Both the position numbers and the translations under genes were made by a program. A stretch of DNA of 62,948 nucleotides, counting the filler, from Choristocarpus tenellus KU-1152 (lineage: Eukaryota > Protista > Phaeophyceae): assembly GCA_964200185.2 (NCBI GenBank). It is 11 parts of 11 records of this genome, joined end to end, with 100 filler letters (N's around TTAATTAATTAA, not from the genome) between each part and the next. Parts side by side here need not be neighbours in the genome. Positions count along the whole stretch, not along the records: positions 9,284 to 13,468 come from CAXNAD020015793.1; positions 13,569 to 22,771 come from CAXNAD020003884.1; positions 22,872 to 27,970 come from CAXNAD020011881.1; 8 more parts are not named here. One strand, given 5' to 3'. The notes under the pieces are model-generated. The model saw nothing but the letters and a program-made list of their open reading frames with translations. It did not search any database and was not told the DNA's origin. Numbering within the stretch: the first letter of the stretch is position 1; each line of letters starts with the position of its first letter. Positions 11,996-23,349 of the stretch are shown in pieces.

Positions 11996-13568
11996 GTTTG
12001 TTGTTCGTGTGTGCGCTTGGGAGGACATGGAGAGTAGAAGAGAGAGAGAGAGGTAGAGAGAGATAGAGATAGATGGAGGGAGAGAGAGAGTAGAGGCCCA
12101 GCACCTTGGAGAGTATGCAAAGCAACCTGCGAACGAGAGAGGGTCTGATAGGTACAAAAAAAAAGCTGGAAGTATAAATATTTTTTTAATGTTCTTTTTT
12201 GTTTCCTTTGTTTAATTGGACAAGATTGTAGGTACGGTTGGAAACAGGGACGAGAAGGAAGGTTCAATGAGGATAAGCTTTGAAAAAGATGAATAAAATC
12301 AAGGCACCGGTTGGAGGCGTTTTTGCCGGAAGATTTTTTTGGTTTCCTTTGTTTGATTGGGTGAAGTGTAGACACAGTGGGAAACGGTGGCGGGAGGAGG
12401 TTCAATTGAGATAAACATAAAAAAAAAAATGAGGTAAAACTCTTGGGAGGCGTTTTTTATTTCTCATCCAGTTTTGTCTTTTTTTTGTTTTTGTTTTTGT
12501 TTCGGAAGGTGCCGATTGACACGGAGAGGATTGGATTGGATTGGAAGGCGTTTTGTTTTCGTTTTGAACTTCTTAAAAGCGCCTCGTGTGTTATGTAATG
12601 CCCAGGGGAGGTGGGTTTGTCTTCTGATTGGAACATTCTGAGGCCTTGATACATTCATCCGTCGGAAGAGCGTATGCTTCACAAGGATCTATCTCCTGCC
12701 CCGCAGGGTAGATCGCCCTTCCTTCAGAGTGGTCTCTAGTCTGGACTGAGGAGTCATCCGCACAGATAGTGGGGAGTGTACCCTCAAGTCTCAAAGATCC
12801 CTTCGGCCAGCCAACAATAGAGCCGGTAGAACTACTTCCTTTCTATGACACTATTTTAAGTGTGTCTATGTAACCGGATTGCCCATCCCCTCTGGTCGTA
12901 CTATTGTTGCCACCGGTGATGCCCGTAGTGTATGAGAAGCAAGTTCAAATGGACACCCGTACCCGGGGGGATCGAGACAGTGCTGCTCCCCTTCCTGATC
13001 TCTACAACACTACTTGCTACAGTACCAAGTGTCCTAACATTATGCCGTAGTCCCAGACACTACATCTGGGACTCCTATGAAATTGACATCCCTTCCGATT
13101 GGGACACTTTTTTTTATTGACAGCGTTTTTTCTCACTTGATTTCTTTTTTGAGTTGGTCCCTAACACTAACATCTACCTACCTAACCCTAACACACTATT
13201 GCACTGTTGCACAGGATGTATGTTTTGTACTGGTTGCCCCCCCCCCAACCAATTCACTTCACTTTCCCAACATACCCAACAATATCCATACATCGTTCTC
13301 GAACACGTTTAAGTTTGGCCTATCTCTGCCCTCTTCAGCCTCCTCCTTTGACCTGTTCTCCAGTGTGTGAATCACCTATAATACCCCCCCCCCCCCCCCC
13401 CCCCCCCCCCCTCTCCGACTCATTTCTCATTAATGACGCCCTCTAGGGGGGGGCGCTGCCCTCGCCTCNNNNNNNNNNNNNNNNNNNNNNNNNNNNNNNN
13501 NNNNNNNNNNNNTTAATTAATTAANNNNNNNNNNNNNNNNNNNNNNNNNNNNNNNNNNNNNNNNNNNN

Positions 13569-13632
13569 AGAGTTGTTTGACCGAAACAGACGCCCCCTCA
13601 CAAACCACCCCCCCCCCCAGATACTTTGACCC
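13569..13632. mobile_element. MITE right end (type A variant) at contig start
   Basis: ...CCCCCCCAGATACTTTGACCC. Confidence 0.7.
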
Positions 13633-13942
13633 TTTGAGTCTTGACCCCAGACAGACTTCCAGGTCTAAGAGTTGGGATCAACAGACGACAATGGGATGAG
13701 CGAGCCACTCTAACAACGGGGCCTTTAACCTTAGCATCCCAATAAACACCCGCTTTGACAATTTCACAGGGTTTTTGAATCCTGTGAAATGCGAATTGAT
13801 CGACTTTGCACTAGTAATCCTCCACAATCATGACAGCCCACCAATTCAAACTTTGCACGCCACCCAATCCATACGAGAACTTAGCGTAGTCCAGAGGGTT
13901 TATCACATGGGTTGTTCCCAGGTGAGAACAGAGCTTGCGAAA

Positions 13943-14121
13943 GACCCAAAGTATCTGGGGGGGGAGAGGGGGTCTGCACCAGGGTGTCCATTTGGCTCGT
14001 AACAGGAAAAGTGCACTTACATTATCCATCCGACTTATGCAACCAAATCACCAAAAAATCGCAAGATGAAAAAATTGACCCCAAACGGACAGCCGCCACC
14101 CCCTCCCAGATACTTTGAGTC
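13943..14121. mobile_element. MITE type A, complete (179 bp)
   Basis: TIRs GACCCAAAGTATCTGGGGGG / CCCAGATACTTTGAGTC; subterminal GTCCATTTGG / CCAAACGGAC; TSD AAA; homologous to 42907-43088. Confidence 0.9.
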
Positions 14122-15658
14122 AAAGTTATGTAATGGATTAAGTACTAATACATTGCTTTAGATTAACACCACTATTACCTTAAAAGGTTTGTTCTAAATT
14201 TGGTGCACACCCCTGGAGGGATGTGCAACTCCCAACAGAGAGATGAAGACTAATACTACCTGCATAGAGCATGGCAATAACAGAACAGATAGTTGAATAG
14301 AATAACAATCAAATACCTTTGCTTCTTACTTGGACAAGGCAGGGAAGAGGATTATTCACACCACAAAATTTCAAGAAATATCCTTTCTTTCTGTTGCATA
14401 ACTATCTAATCCTCTTCTAGAAGTGTTGTGGTCGTAACAACTGCAGTCAGTATAATAGTTGAATATAGTTGGTGACTGGATGCACACTTGTTTGTACCTG
14501 GCAGTGGCAAGTAGTAGCTTCATTAAAAAAAAAAAACACCACAGACCAAGAAGAGTAGTAACACAGAATTTGATATGATGCGTAGAAGAACACAAAGAGT
14601 ACCCTGTCTGGAACAAAGGGAACGTGCAACTTGAAGTGTCTTTTACTCTCAACAGCAACAAACCAACACAGAGCTCGGTTCCATCTTGTATCTTACAAAA
14701 TTTGAATGTGAGGACAAACAGGTCCAGTTTGCTCTACACCCAAATCACCGAAAGGTTTTGCAGGTCCTGTTGTTGACAGCCATTACTGCTCTTAAAACAA
14801 GCCCCCCCCCCACCTTCACAATCCGTAACCTGAGCAAAACATTGGAACAATACTATAGACCACAAACAAAGAGGAGGGGAAAGGGGACAGATCGGGGGAT
14901 ACAAGTTCACTCCAATTCTGTCACCGGAGTGTGTTTAACGCTGTACCTGTTCTCAAAGGAGCAACTCCAGTCTCCACTGTCACCAAAGAAGCAGCACTAG
15001 CTTGTACACAACCTAATGCTTGCATTTTTCCCCCAACAAACTTTCTTTCACACATTCAATTCCATCTCATGGGATGATAGACACTAATTCCGTTACCGCT
15101 CTTTTTCGACAAAGAAAGCCTCCCTGATTTGGAAATGAAGCCTGCATCAAACACTGGTCATCTCTAAAGCAGCCTACCCCCATCCTGGTCAGCATGTTCT
15201 GCATTTCAACCTGCCTGGTCTACCTCTTCCCTCCCTTTTCTTCCCACCCCTATGTCCTCACAATGACTAGTGGGTGACAAGTAGCCGAACAGCTAGAGAG
15301 TCAAAGAGGCAAGGGTGAATAGCAACAATAGTGTGACTGCAATGAATCGACCAATAACTGAAGCACAAGAAGGAAGGGCTCATGCCCCCAAGACCCCTTC
15401 CGCCAGGAGGGCAGGGGGGTATGGGGGGTGGTAAGGTAAGGGAAGGCGGGTTTGCAGGTGTATCAAGGGCGTATCCTCACAGAATTTGTCCAGTCTCTCC
15501 TTTGAAAAGGAATGCAATAAACGAAAAAAAAAAATCACAACAAAATATCATGTTTAATCTCATTCAGAAAATAAAACAGGTATGAACCGGAGTCTTCCAC
15601 AAAACAAAGCCAAGGACAGCACAGTTCCACACCAACAAATCCTCATTCACACTTCAAA

Positions 15659-18600
15659 TCACATCCAGCGCATCATGATCGTGCTGTTTTGGAGACTGGC
15701 CTCTTGCAGGGTCTCTGACACTTTGTCTCCCAGAGAGGATGGAGGATAGCTTGCAAGTAGTTCAAAGGGGCGTTCATTGGCCCCTTCCACCTATGGTGAA
15801 AGAGTGGAAAGGCATAAAATAGGGGATGGTGGTGATAAAGTTCTAGTAACAGGTAGGTCGGAGTGGCATATCTTAGCGTTAGATCAGAATTACGTGGGAG
15901 CAAGCTTGGTAGAGTCTTGAGGGAAAAGGAATTGTGAATTATGATCATTGGCTCAACGTTGGTTCAATTCTTGGTTAATCCTGAACAATTGTCTGGTCCT
16001 AAGGGAAGCAACAACTATCGTGTCTAACATTAATCACATGTATGTCTAACATCAATCACAGGTATGTATGCTGGAGTCATATCACTCGATGCATACAGGA
16101 TAGTACACACAGATGAGGCTGGTACACACAGCTGAGATGTGGACCAACTGATCTGTGAGTCCACAAATACTTGGCTACCAGTTAACTGCGATGAACAAAA
16201 ATCGACTCCTGTGTCCACTGACAAGAAAGTTTGGTCCGATATGTATGCTGTGTGGGAACCAGAAGAAGGGCCTGGCATTGTGACATGACCTCTTCTGAGG
16301 TCATGGATTGTTGCATCCGGAACTTGGCGCCCTGAGGACCATATGCTGTTTGCAAGGACCTTGAGGAAAGACTTGAGGTAGAACTGTCCTCACACACACC
16401 GCGAATGTTCAATCTGGAATAATAAATAGGCTTCTCAACAAGAACAACAGTTGACAAAAACTTCCATTGTGGTATTAAAATGGCGGACTAGGTCAAATCT
16501 GGTGAGGGTACAGATAGAATATTCACTACTATTTATTCCACTCTCCCTCCATAAAAAGAAGAAAAAAAAAATCACTAAGGGTTCGCTTTGCTAGAGGAAA
16601 AACGTCGGAGATAAATTAAATCTTGGTGTAACGTAATCTGAAAACATTTTACAACCAATCTGCTGAGGCAAAGCAACTGAGGGGCACCCACGTCTTGACC
16701 ATTTTTCTTTTGAAGCCGCTGTTTTCATCTCTTACATCCATTACTACTATAATGCTTGAAGTACTGAGATTGACTTGAGAGGGTTGATTTCTCATTGCCT
16801 AGATCATTCTTGACACGAGTTGGAAAAAATTCGTCAATCATGCAAGAAGTAAGAAGTGGATGCGAGCCCATTCCCCCACAAACCTAACACATCCCTACCA
16901 CCAAGCCACCAACACGACTTATAAAACACCCTTCTATTCTACATACTACCTCACACCGCCAACAGATGACACAAATCCAGAAATCAGTAGCCAAACCCAC
17001 AACCATAAACCTTGAACAAGATGCTAATGGCATACGAAACAGACATGCCTGACCCATCAAACCAGCAGTCTAACCCGCTACAATAAAAGCTGAACAAGAT
17101 ACTAGCTAATGGCATACAAGCAGACACGCCTGACCCATCAAACCAGCAGTCTAACCCGCTACAATAAAAGCTGAACAAGATACTAGCTAACGTCACAAAG
17201 CAGACGTAGTTAGTTGATACATGACTGATACACAGATACACAGTTCTAACATACTCTGCAAACACTTCTCGAACAGATCATTTAACTTTCTACGTGCAAT
17301 GCTCAACTTACCGTGGCTCGAACATGTTGGAACAAAATCGAAACAGTATCCCTCAGTAAGAACCTTCGGGCAAGGTTGGCAGCTCCATCAGGTAACCGGA
17401 ACAGGACCCTGGTGACCTGGAAATGAGAATTTAGGAACAAAGGTCAAAACCAGCAGAGGTTCAAACACACACACACACACACAAACAAAAATAATAATAA
17501 TAATAAAAAGAGATGTTGTGGGGATTCAGGGAAGCAAAAGGAAACCGCTTCCGCCAGTCGTCGTTACAAACAGCATGACTTGGAGATATTGAATGGAAAC
17601 AAACCTTTATACACAATACAAGAAGAAAAAAAAAATCGGTTAGGGCCATTAGGGAAACAACCCACAGCGTTAGGGGCCGACATTTCACGTTTCACTACCA
17701 AATACTACCATGGCAAGGAGGAGATGTTACCGTGGACTGATCTCCGACATCGCTCTACCTCACCGCCCTCTGGCATGTCCTATGTATGTCTCTCAGAGAC
17801 ACCCCCACCCGTCGCAGGACAACCCTCCCCCTTCCTAGTCAAAATAAATCGACTCTCTTGAGACACTTGAGACACGGCCATGAAAAGGCCTCAACCATTG
17901 GGCTGCTGCTGCTGCTGCTGCTCTAGAAAAAAAATCCCGGCGAAGAACAAACGGCATCAACTCTTCAAAACAAAACAAACAAGAAACAAATCAACCAGCC
18001 CCCCCGCCAGTCCGGTTTTCACTTCTTCACAGTAGTTTTTTGCGCCCAAAGCAAAAAACACCTTCGACAGCTACTACTTACAAACTATTATTTATTATTT
18101 TTTTTATTTTACTTTCTTTTTTTTTAAATGAAAGATTGATGGCAATACAAACAACAACCGCATCGCAAAACATAAAAATTAAATAACCAACCAAAACAGC
18201 GTGTAAGGCAAAACACAACAATACTCTCCGTCTACTCCCTCCCTCGGGACGAGCCATCCCCAAGCTGAAGCCCTAACCCTTACTTACCCCGACACTATGA
18301 ACACTTCACAGCTAACAAATCTAATCTTCTTACAAGAAAGCCATCCCATGCCATCCAAAAACCCCTCTTCTCCACACGCCCCTTCCCAGAACAAATCGTT
18401 CCAGCAATACCCAACTCACCTCTGGACCAGCATCAGGCTCTGGGGGAACGTCCACAACCACTTCCCTTTTTCCCGCCTCCCTACTTTCTACAACACGCAC
18501 AACCTCCTCCACCTTGATCTCATCCTCCGGTGATACATCACTCCACTGACCATCCTCAACTCCTCTCCTGGAGCCAGCAGTAGTCGACCTTTCCCCTATC

Positions 18601-18791
18601 CCCATTGCTGCCAAAGCACCTGTGTTGATCTCATTCGCCGGAGGGGGGGGAGTATGAGCATTACCAGAGACACTCCTCCTTGTTGCCTCAGTCCTTGCCC
18701 CTGACATACTTGGCATGGATATGACCCCTGTATCTTGTCCAACTCGAGCAGGTGCTCCTCCCTCTCCCTGTCCCCTTCTAAATTCAGACAT
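15659..18791 (-). CDS. UBX-domain protein (p97/CDC48 cofactor), 3' exons: 18791-18420, 17416-17312, 15790-15659. Possible first exon 20972-20850
   Basis: Phase-0 GT-AG exons splice to ...VDVPPEPDAGPE/VTRVLFRLPDGAANLARRFLLRDTVSILFQHVRAT/VEGANERPFELLASYPPSSLGDKVSETLQEASLQNSTIMMRWM*, giving the UBX signature (R-LPDG, RRF, YPP loop, TL-EA-L). Confidence 0.85.
17013..17190. repeat. Intronic tandem duplication, about 78-81 bp x 2.2
   Basis: TGAACAAGAT...CAATAAAAGC repeated at 17013, 17091, 17172. Confidence 0.9.
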
Positions 18792-20849
18792 CTGAAGCGG
18801 GTGCATTGGAAGCAAAAGTCAGTTGGTTGGAAGGTTGGGTCTTGCATCCATAACCATGGGAATATTCTCAAACTCACTACATGTACCATACACAGTAGCA
18901 CTGTGGTACTCCTCATTCCTGTGTCATATGAATGCTGACAGCTTTGCATCCAAAACTCAAAAAATCGCTTGAAATATTGCCACAACTCCACCATTTTTGA
19001 CACAGACTATTCATATGGCAAACTCACTCTCTACACCCTAGATTCGAACAGTGCTCCAACAGGACCCTAATGACCTCACAAGAAATACAGTATCAAGCTT
19101 GAGATGGAAAGAAAATGATAAAATAGCAAGGGAACAAAACGGCGATGTGCTGTGATGCCCTGGGGCAGAAAAAAAATGAACGCTCGCCACAGCACAATAC
19201 CTCCATATATGTAACTTACTGAAGGCCTGTTCCCAACGACACTTCTTTTTCAAAACTTCTTTTTTTTTGTTCAAAATATTTCATAGGAACGGCATGGGAT
19301 CGAGATAAGAACGGACCAACTGACCTTGTTAAAAAAATAAAAAAATGACGCTACGAACGGACCTTTACCGGTTCGATAAAATAGTACAGTGAAAAAAAAG
19401 AAGAAAAAGAAAAAAAAGAATTACCAACGCCATAAAGACAGCAAACACACACAGACACACACATATAAACACAAACACAAACACACACATACACACACAC
19501 ACACAGGTAGACATTACTTCTCCACACAAAGGTCAAGACTCTTCCGCACATGTGGAAAAAGATAATCTACTAGTACTTCTAGAGCACTATCTCAAAACAA
19601 CCAGGAGAGATCCACATCCACAAAGAGCAAGGTTTATACCCTGTAGGCTCCCGAACACCCAAACAACAATCAGAGTTAGAGTTAGAGGTAGACTTAGGGA
19701 TAGGGTTAGGGCTAGGGCTAGCAACAAAAATAGGGTGTAATCATGCCCTCCCCCCTTTTCTGCCCGACAACATCACTTACACAAACATCACCTCACCCCC
19801 ATAACATAACATAACATAACACAACACAACACAGCCCTAGCAACGGTAAGTAACCACGAGAAGATCAACATCAGACACACACACTTTCTTCCTCTCCAAC
19901 ATGCAACCCTCCTCTCATGCGAAGGTGCCTTCAATGGACCAAATTAGACTAAATTAGACCAAATTAAACTAAATTAAACCAAAACTTGCAGGACAGTCAT
20001 CATGGCCATTCACCAGAACGCAATGCTTACAGTCCTCACTCCACACTCGACAAAACTTTCCTCTCCTCTGATGTTCATTCAATCACAGACGGGCTAAGGG
20101 TATTAACGCTAATGAGGTCTCCTCTTCACCTCACCTCACCTCACCTCACCTGAATCACGGTTCGGTCTAAAATTTTATGTTAATTTTTTTTTGAAGTATA
20201 GATTATTTTTTTTCATCAGAAAAAAACGAAAAAAAAGGAAACCGACTTTGAAACCCCCTTCCCAACTGGCTGGTACAAAAAATGATAACTATATATACAC
20301 ATACATGTGTATATATGTAAGAATATATGTAAGTGTAAGTACATAAATCATTGAAAAAACATAAAAGTGATCCCAACCTACAACTCTGAAACAAGACAAA
20401 AAGACAGATGGAAAGGACGCGTCTGCACTCCAGAGTCAATGATATAACTCCAGAGTCAGCAGGGAGAGCGGACGGTGTGTGACGTACATCCAACTCCATC
20501 AATAGTATACATCCGAAAATCAAACTGATGATATCCATTTCTCTCTCTCTCTCTTTTTCCTTGGACCTTCACGGAGCAGTGAGTAATCTTATTGAGCGTT
20601 AGATTAAAAAGAAAAAGAAAAAAAGCGAACACTAACCAATATAAAGAGAAGAGAGAGAGAGAGAGGGCCAAGAATGTTCTCCCCAATAAATACAAAAAAA
20701 AATCACAGGAATAAATGCATACGCAACTCACTGACTGCCCTGGGCAACAACACACCAGCCCCAATTCGCTCTCCGCCCTACCTAACCCACAGCATCCCAA
20801 CCACAAGAGCTCCCACTCATACGCCTCTTTCATGACAGGAAAACCTCAC

Positions 20850-20972
20850 CTGCTGCAGGAAATCTTGACCTTCCTCCCCATCTTCCTCTTCATACACATA
20901 CTCCTCACTACCGAACTCTTGAGTGGACTCTCCCCCGCTGTTGTAGCTATCCCCTGCATGACTTGACGCCAT
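20850..20972 (-). CDS. Probable first coding exon (MASSHAGDSY...GQDFLQQ), possibly of the UBX gene
   Basis: ATG start, acidic open frame, ends CAG|gtgagg in phase 0; link to the UBX exons not proven. Confidence 0.5.
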
Positions 20973-21168
20973 TGCATGTTGTGATCCTCCCCCCCCCCCA
21001 GTCCCACCTAAACCAGAGCTTCCCCTCGACAGGGGGGTGTTTGTGTTCGCTTGCCTTGTACTATACTCCTGGGGTGTTAGAAGGACAGCAAGAAGGAAGG
21101 TCTAGTAATAAAATGTGGTCAAGACTCCCCTTTAGTTGTGTTAACCACAGTGTAAACTAAAGGGCATA

Positions 21169-21290
21169 TACTAGATACAGTATAATGACATCAAATGAAT
21201 GTTGTTTAATTCTGTATACTAGATACAGTATAATGACATCAAATGAATGTCATTTAATACTCTGTACTAGATAGAGTATAATGACATCAA
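21169..21290. repeat. Tandem repeat, 48-bp unit x about 2.5
   Basis: TACTAGATACAGTATAATGACATCAA at 21169, 21217, 21265. Confidence 0.9.
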
Positions 21291-22037
21291 CAGTTGCTAG
21301 TTTCTTCTGTTCCTTCATTATTGAATCCAGTATTATCACCAAGGGCATGACACAACAAGGCTCAAGTGCTTGTACACTAAAAATATCCCATCTATGTATT
21401 TTGAGTGCCACATGCTCTCAGTATACATACATATATTACTTGATTAAAAAAAAGTAATTGGGACCTTTCAGTCATAAATTACAAATAAACATTACTTGAT
21501 TGTAAAGATTTTTTTTTTGAATATTTGAGCAATAAATTACCAACATTAATAGTAGTTCATTATAAATGGTAAAATCGGTTCTTAAGGGTCATAAATTACC
21601 AATACACACACACACATATAAGTGTATGTATTGCTTGATCATGAGCGGAAAATATAGTCATCACATATTCAGGAGATGTAGGCATGACCTGTCCAATCAT
21701 TTTGCACCAATCCCAAAGATCCAACTGCTATATGTTTTAAATTTACGTGTTCCCAAGGTTTCAACGAGAAGTGACTTCGACCACCATAAAAATGAATGAT
21801 TGTTGAAACCATTTTGTAACTGTCATCAGAAATATAAATATATATATAATTTTATATATATATACATATATACATACACACACATGAGCAAATAACCTGT
21901 GTGAGGGATACCACGTAAGAGGCGGTTGTTGTTATGTCTCAAGAGTCCTTGTGTTACGAATGTGTAGTACATGAATATTGAGCACTACTGTGAAGGACGC
22001 TTCTTGTCTATCAATGTGATACGTATCATTCCTAATC

Positions 22038-22615
22038 CTATCTTCTAGAGTCACACCATCTTGGGGAGGAAAGGGGTGAGCTGCATCCCAGGCGTTGTCA
22101 TGGTGTATATTGCAACCAAGATTCAAAGTCTGCCCCAACCCTAGCCCTAACCGATATAGAATTCTCCCTCTGTGTGCAAAACATTGAAGAGGAACAAGGC
22201 AGCAAATTACCTTCAAAATTCAGCACTATATATATACAGTTTCTTGTACCTTTGGCGCAAACCAGAATTACAGACGCACACACTTCGCACGCAGGCGACC
22301 CTGACACCACCAACATAACATACATAGGGATGCTCCAGAGTCGTGTCTCATTCTTAGTGGTGCTCCAGGGCCATGCCTCAATAGGGCTGGTGCAAAGTGC
22401 CAACGGTCCTCCGTCCACAGAAGCGACAACCTCATTAGATTTTACCTTTTACAAAAAAAAATTAACTATCAACCTTGAAGAGAAAGGAAAAAAAATGATC
22501 TCAAATGTTAAATTCAAATCACAGATCAAAAACTCTAAGCCAATCAGAGCTTTGCTCCTCTCACCGTTTGGAGAATGTTGCCCATGCCAATGGTACGTAA
22601 CTTGGGTGCCTTGAC
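22038..22615 (-). CDS. Putative 3' exons of an unidentified gene (22615-22565, 22445-22324, 22059-22038)
   Basis: Phase-compatible GT-AG exons give VKAPKLRTIGMGNILQT/VKSNEVVASVDGGPLALCTSPIEAWPWSTTKNETRLWSIPI/WCDSRR*. Confidence 0.45.
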
Positions 22616-22871
22616 CTGATTGGACAACCAGCAACAAAAAGGAAAAAAAAACACATAAGAATTGGGGGGGGGAGAGGGGGAGAGGGGGGGGGGGGCAGAA
22701 AGGAAAAAAAAGAGATAACACAATAACGGAGAGGGGAAGAGCGTCGGGGAGGGAAAGAGGGTAGATCTAGGNNNNNNNNNNNNNNNNNNNNNNNNNNNNN
22801 NNNNNNNNNNNNNNNTTAATTAATTAANNNNNNNNNNNNNNNNNNNNNNNNNNNNNNNNNNNNNNNNNNNN

Positions 22872-23123
22872 CACAGTTGAGAAGAGAGTGAGATATCTGT
22901 ACTAGGTGGGGCTCACCAGTCCTTACATTGAATGACTCAGAATACCAAATGACTCAACGTTTCTCTAGTACACGTCAGAAACACTCCGACTCTAAAAGTC
23001 CGCTGATTACTTCTGGTCAAATACCCCGCCTAAACATCCCGAATGTCCCGCATTATCTTCAGTGCGTACATAAAATAATACTTCAAATCATATTCTCACA
23101 AGTGGTCAAGCATAATCTTGACA
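22872..23123 (-). repeat. 3' LTR (truncated by contig start)
   Basis: Direct repeat of 27436-27687; begins TGTCAAG on the minus strand right after PPT GAGCAGGGGAGTG. Confidence 0.92.
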
Positions 23124-23349
23124 CACTCCCCTGCTCTGACTATGCAGTGGGAATCAAATCAGTCCAACAATAAAACCCAACTTGAAATAAACTTATTGTG
23201 TAAATTTCAAGTCTTAATTCCACACATGGATAAACAAACTCATGACACACTCCCCTGCTCAGTCCATTCATCATGAATCCAATGAACTCAATCTGCACAC
23301 CACCCCTTACTCACAGTGCATGATGGTTCTAGTGTGAAATTCAAACACA

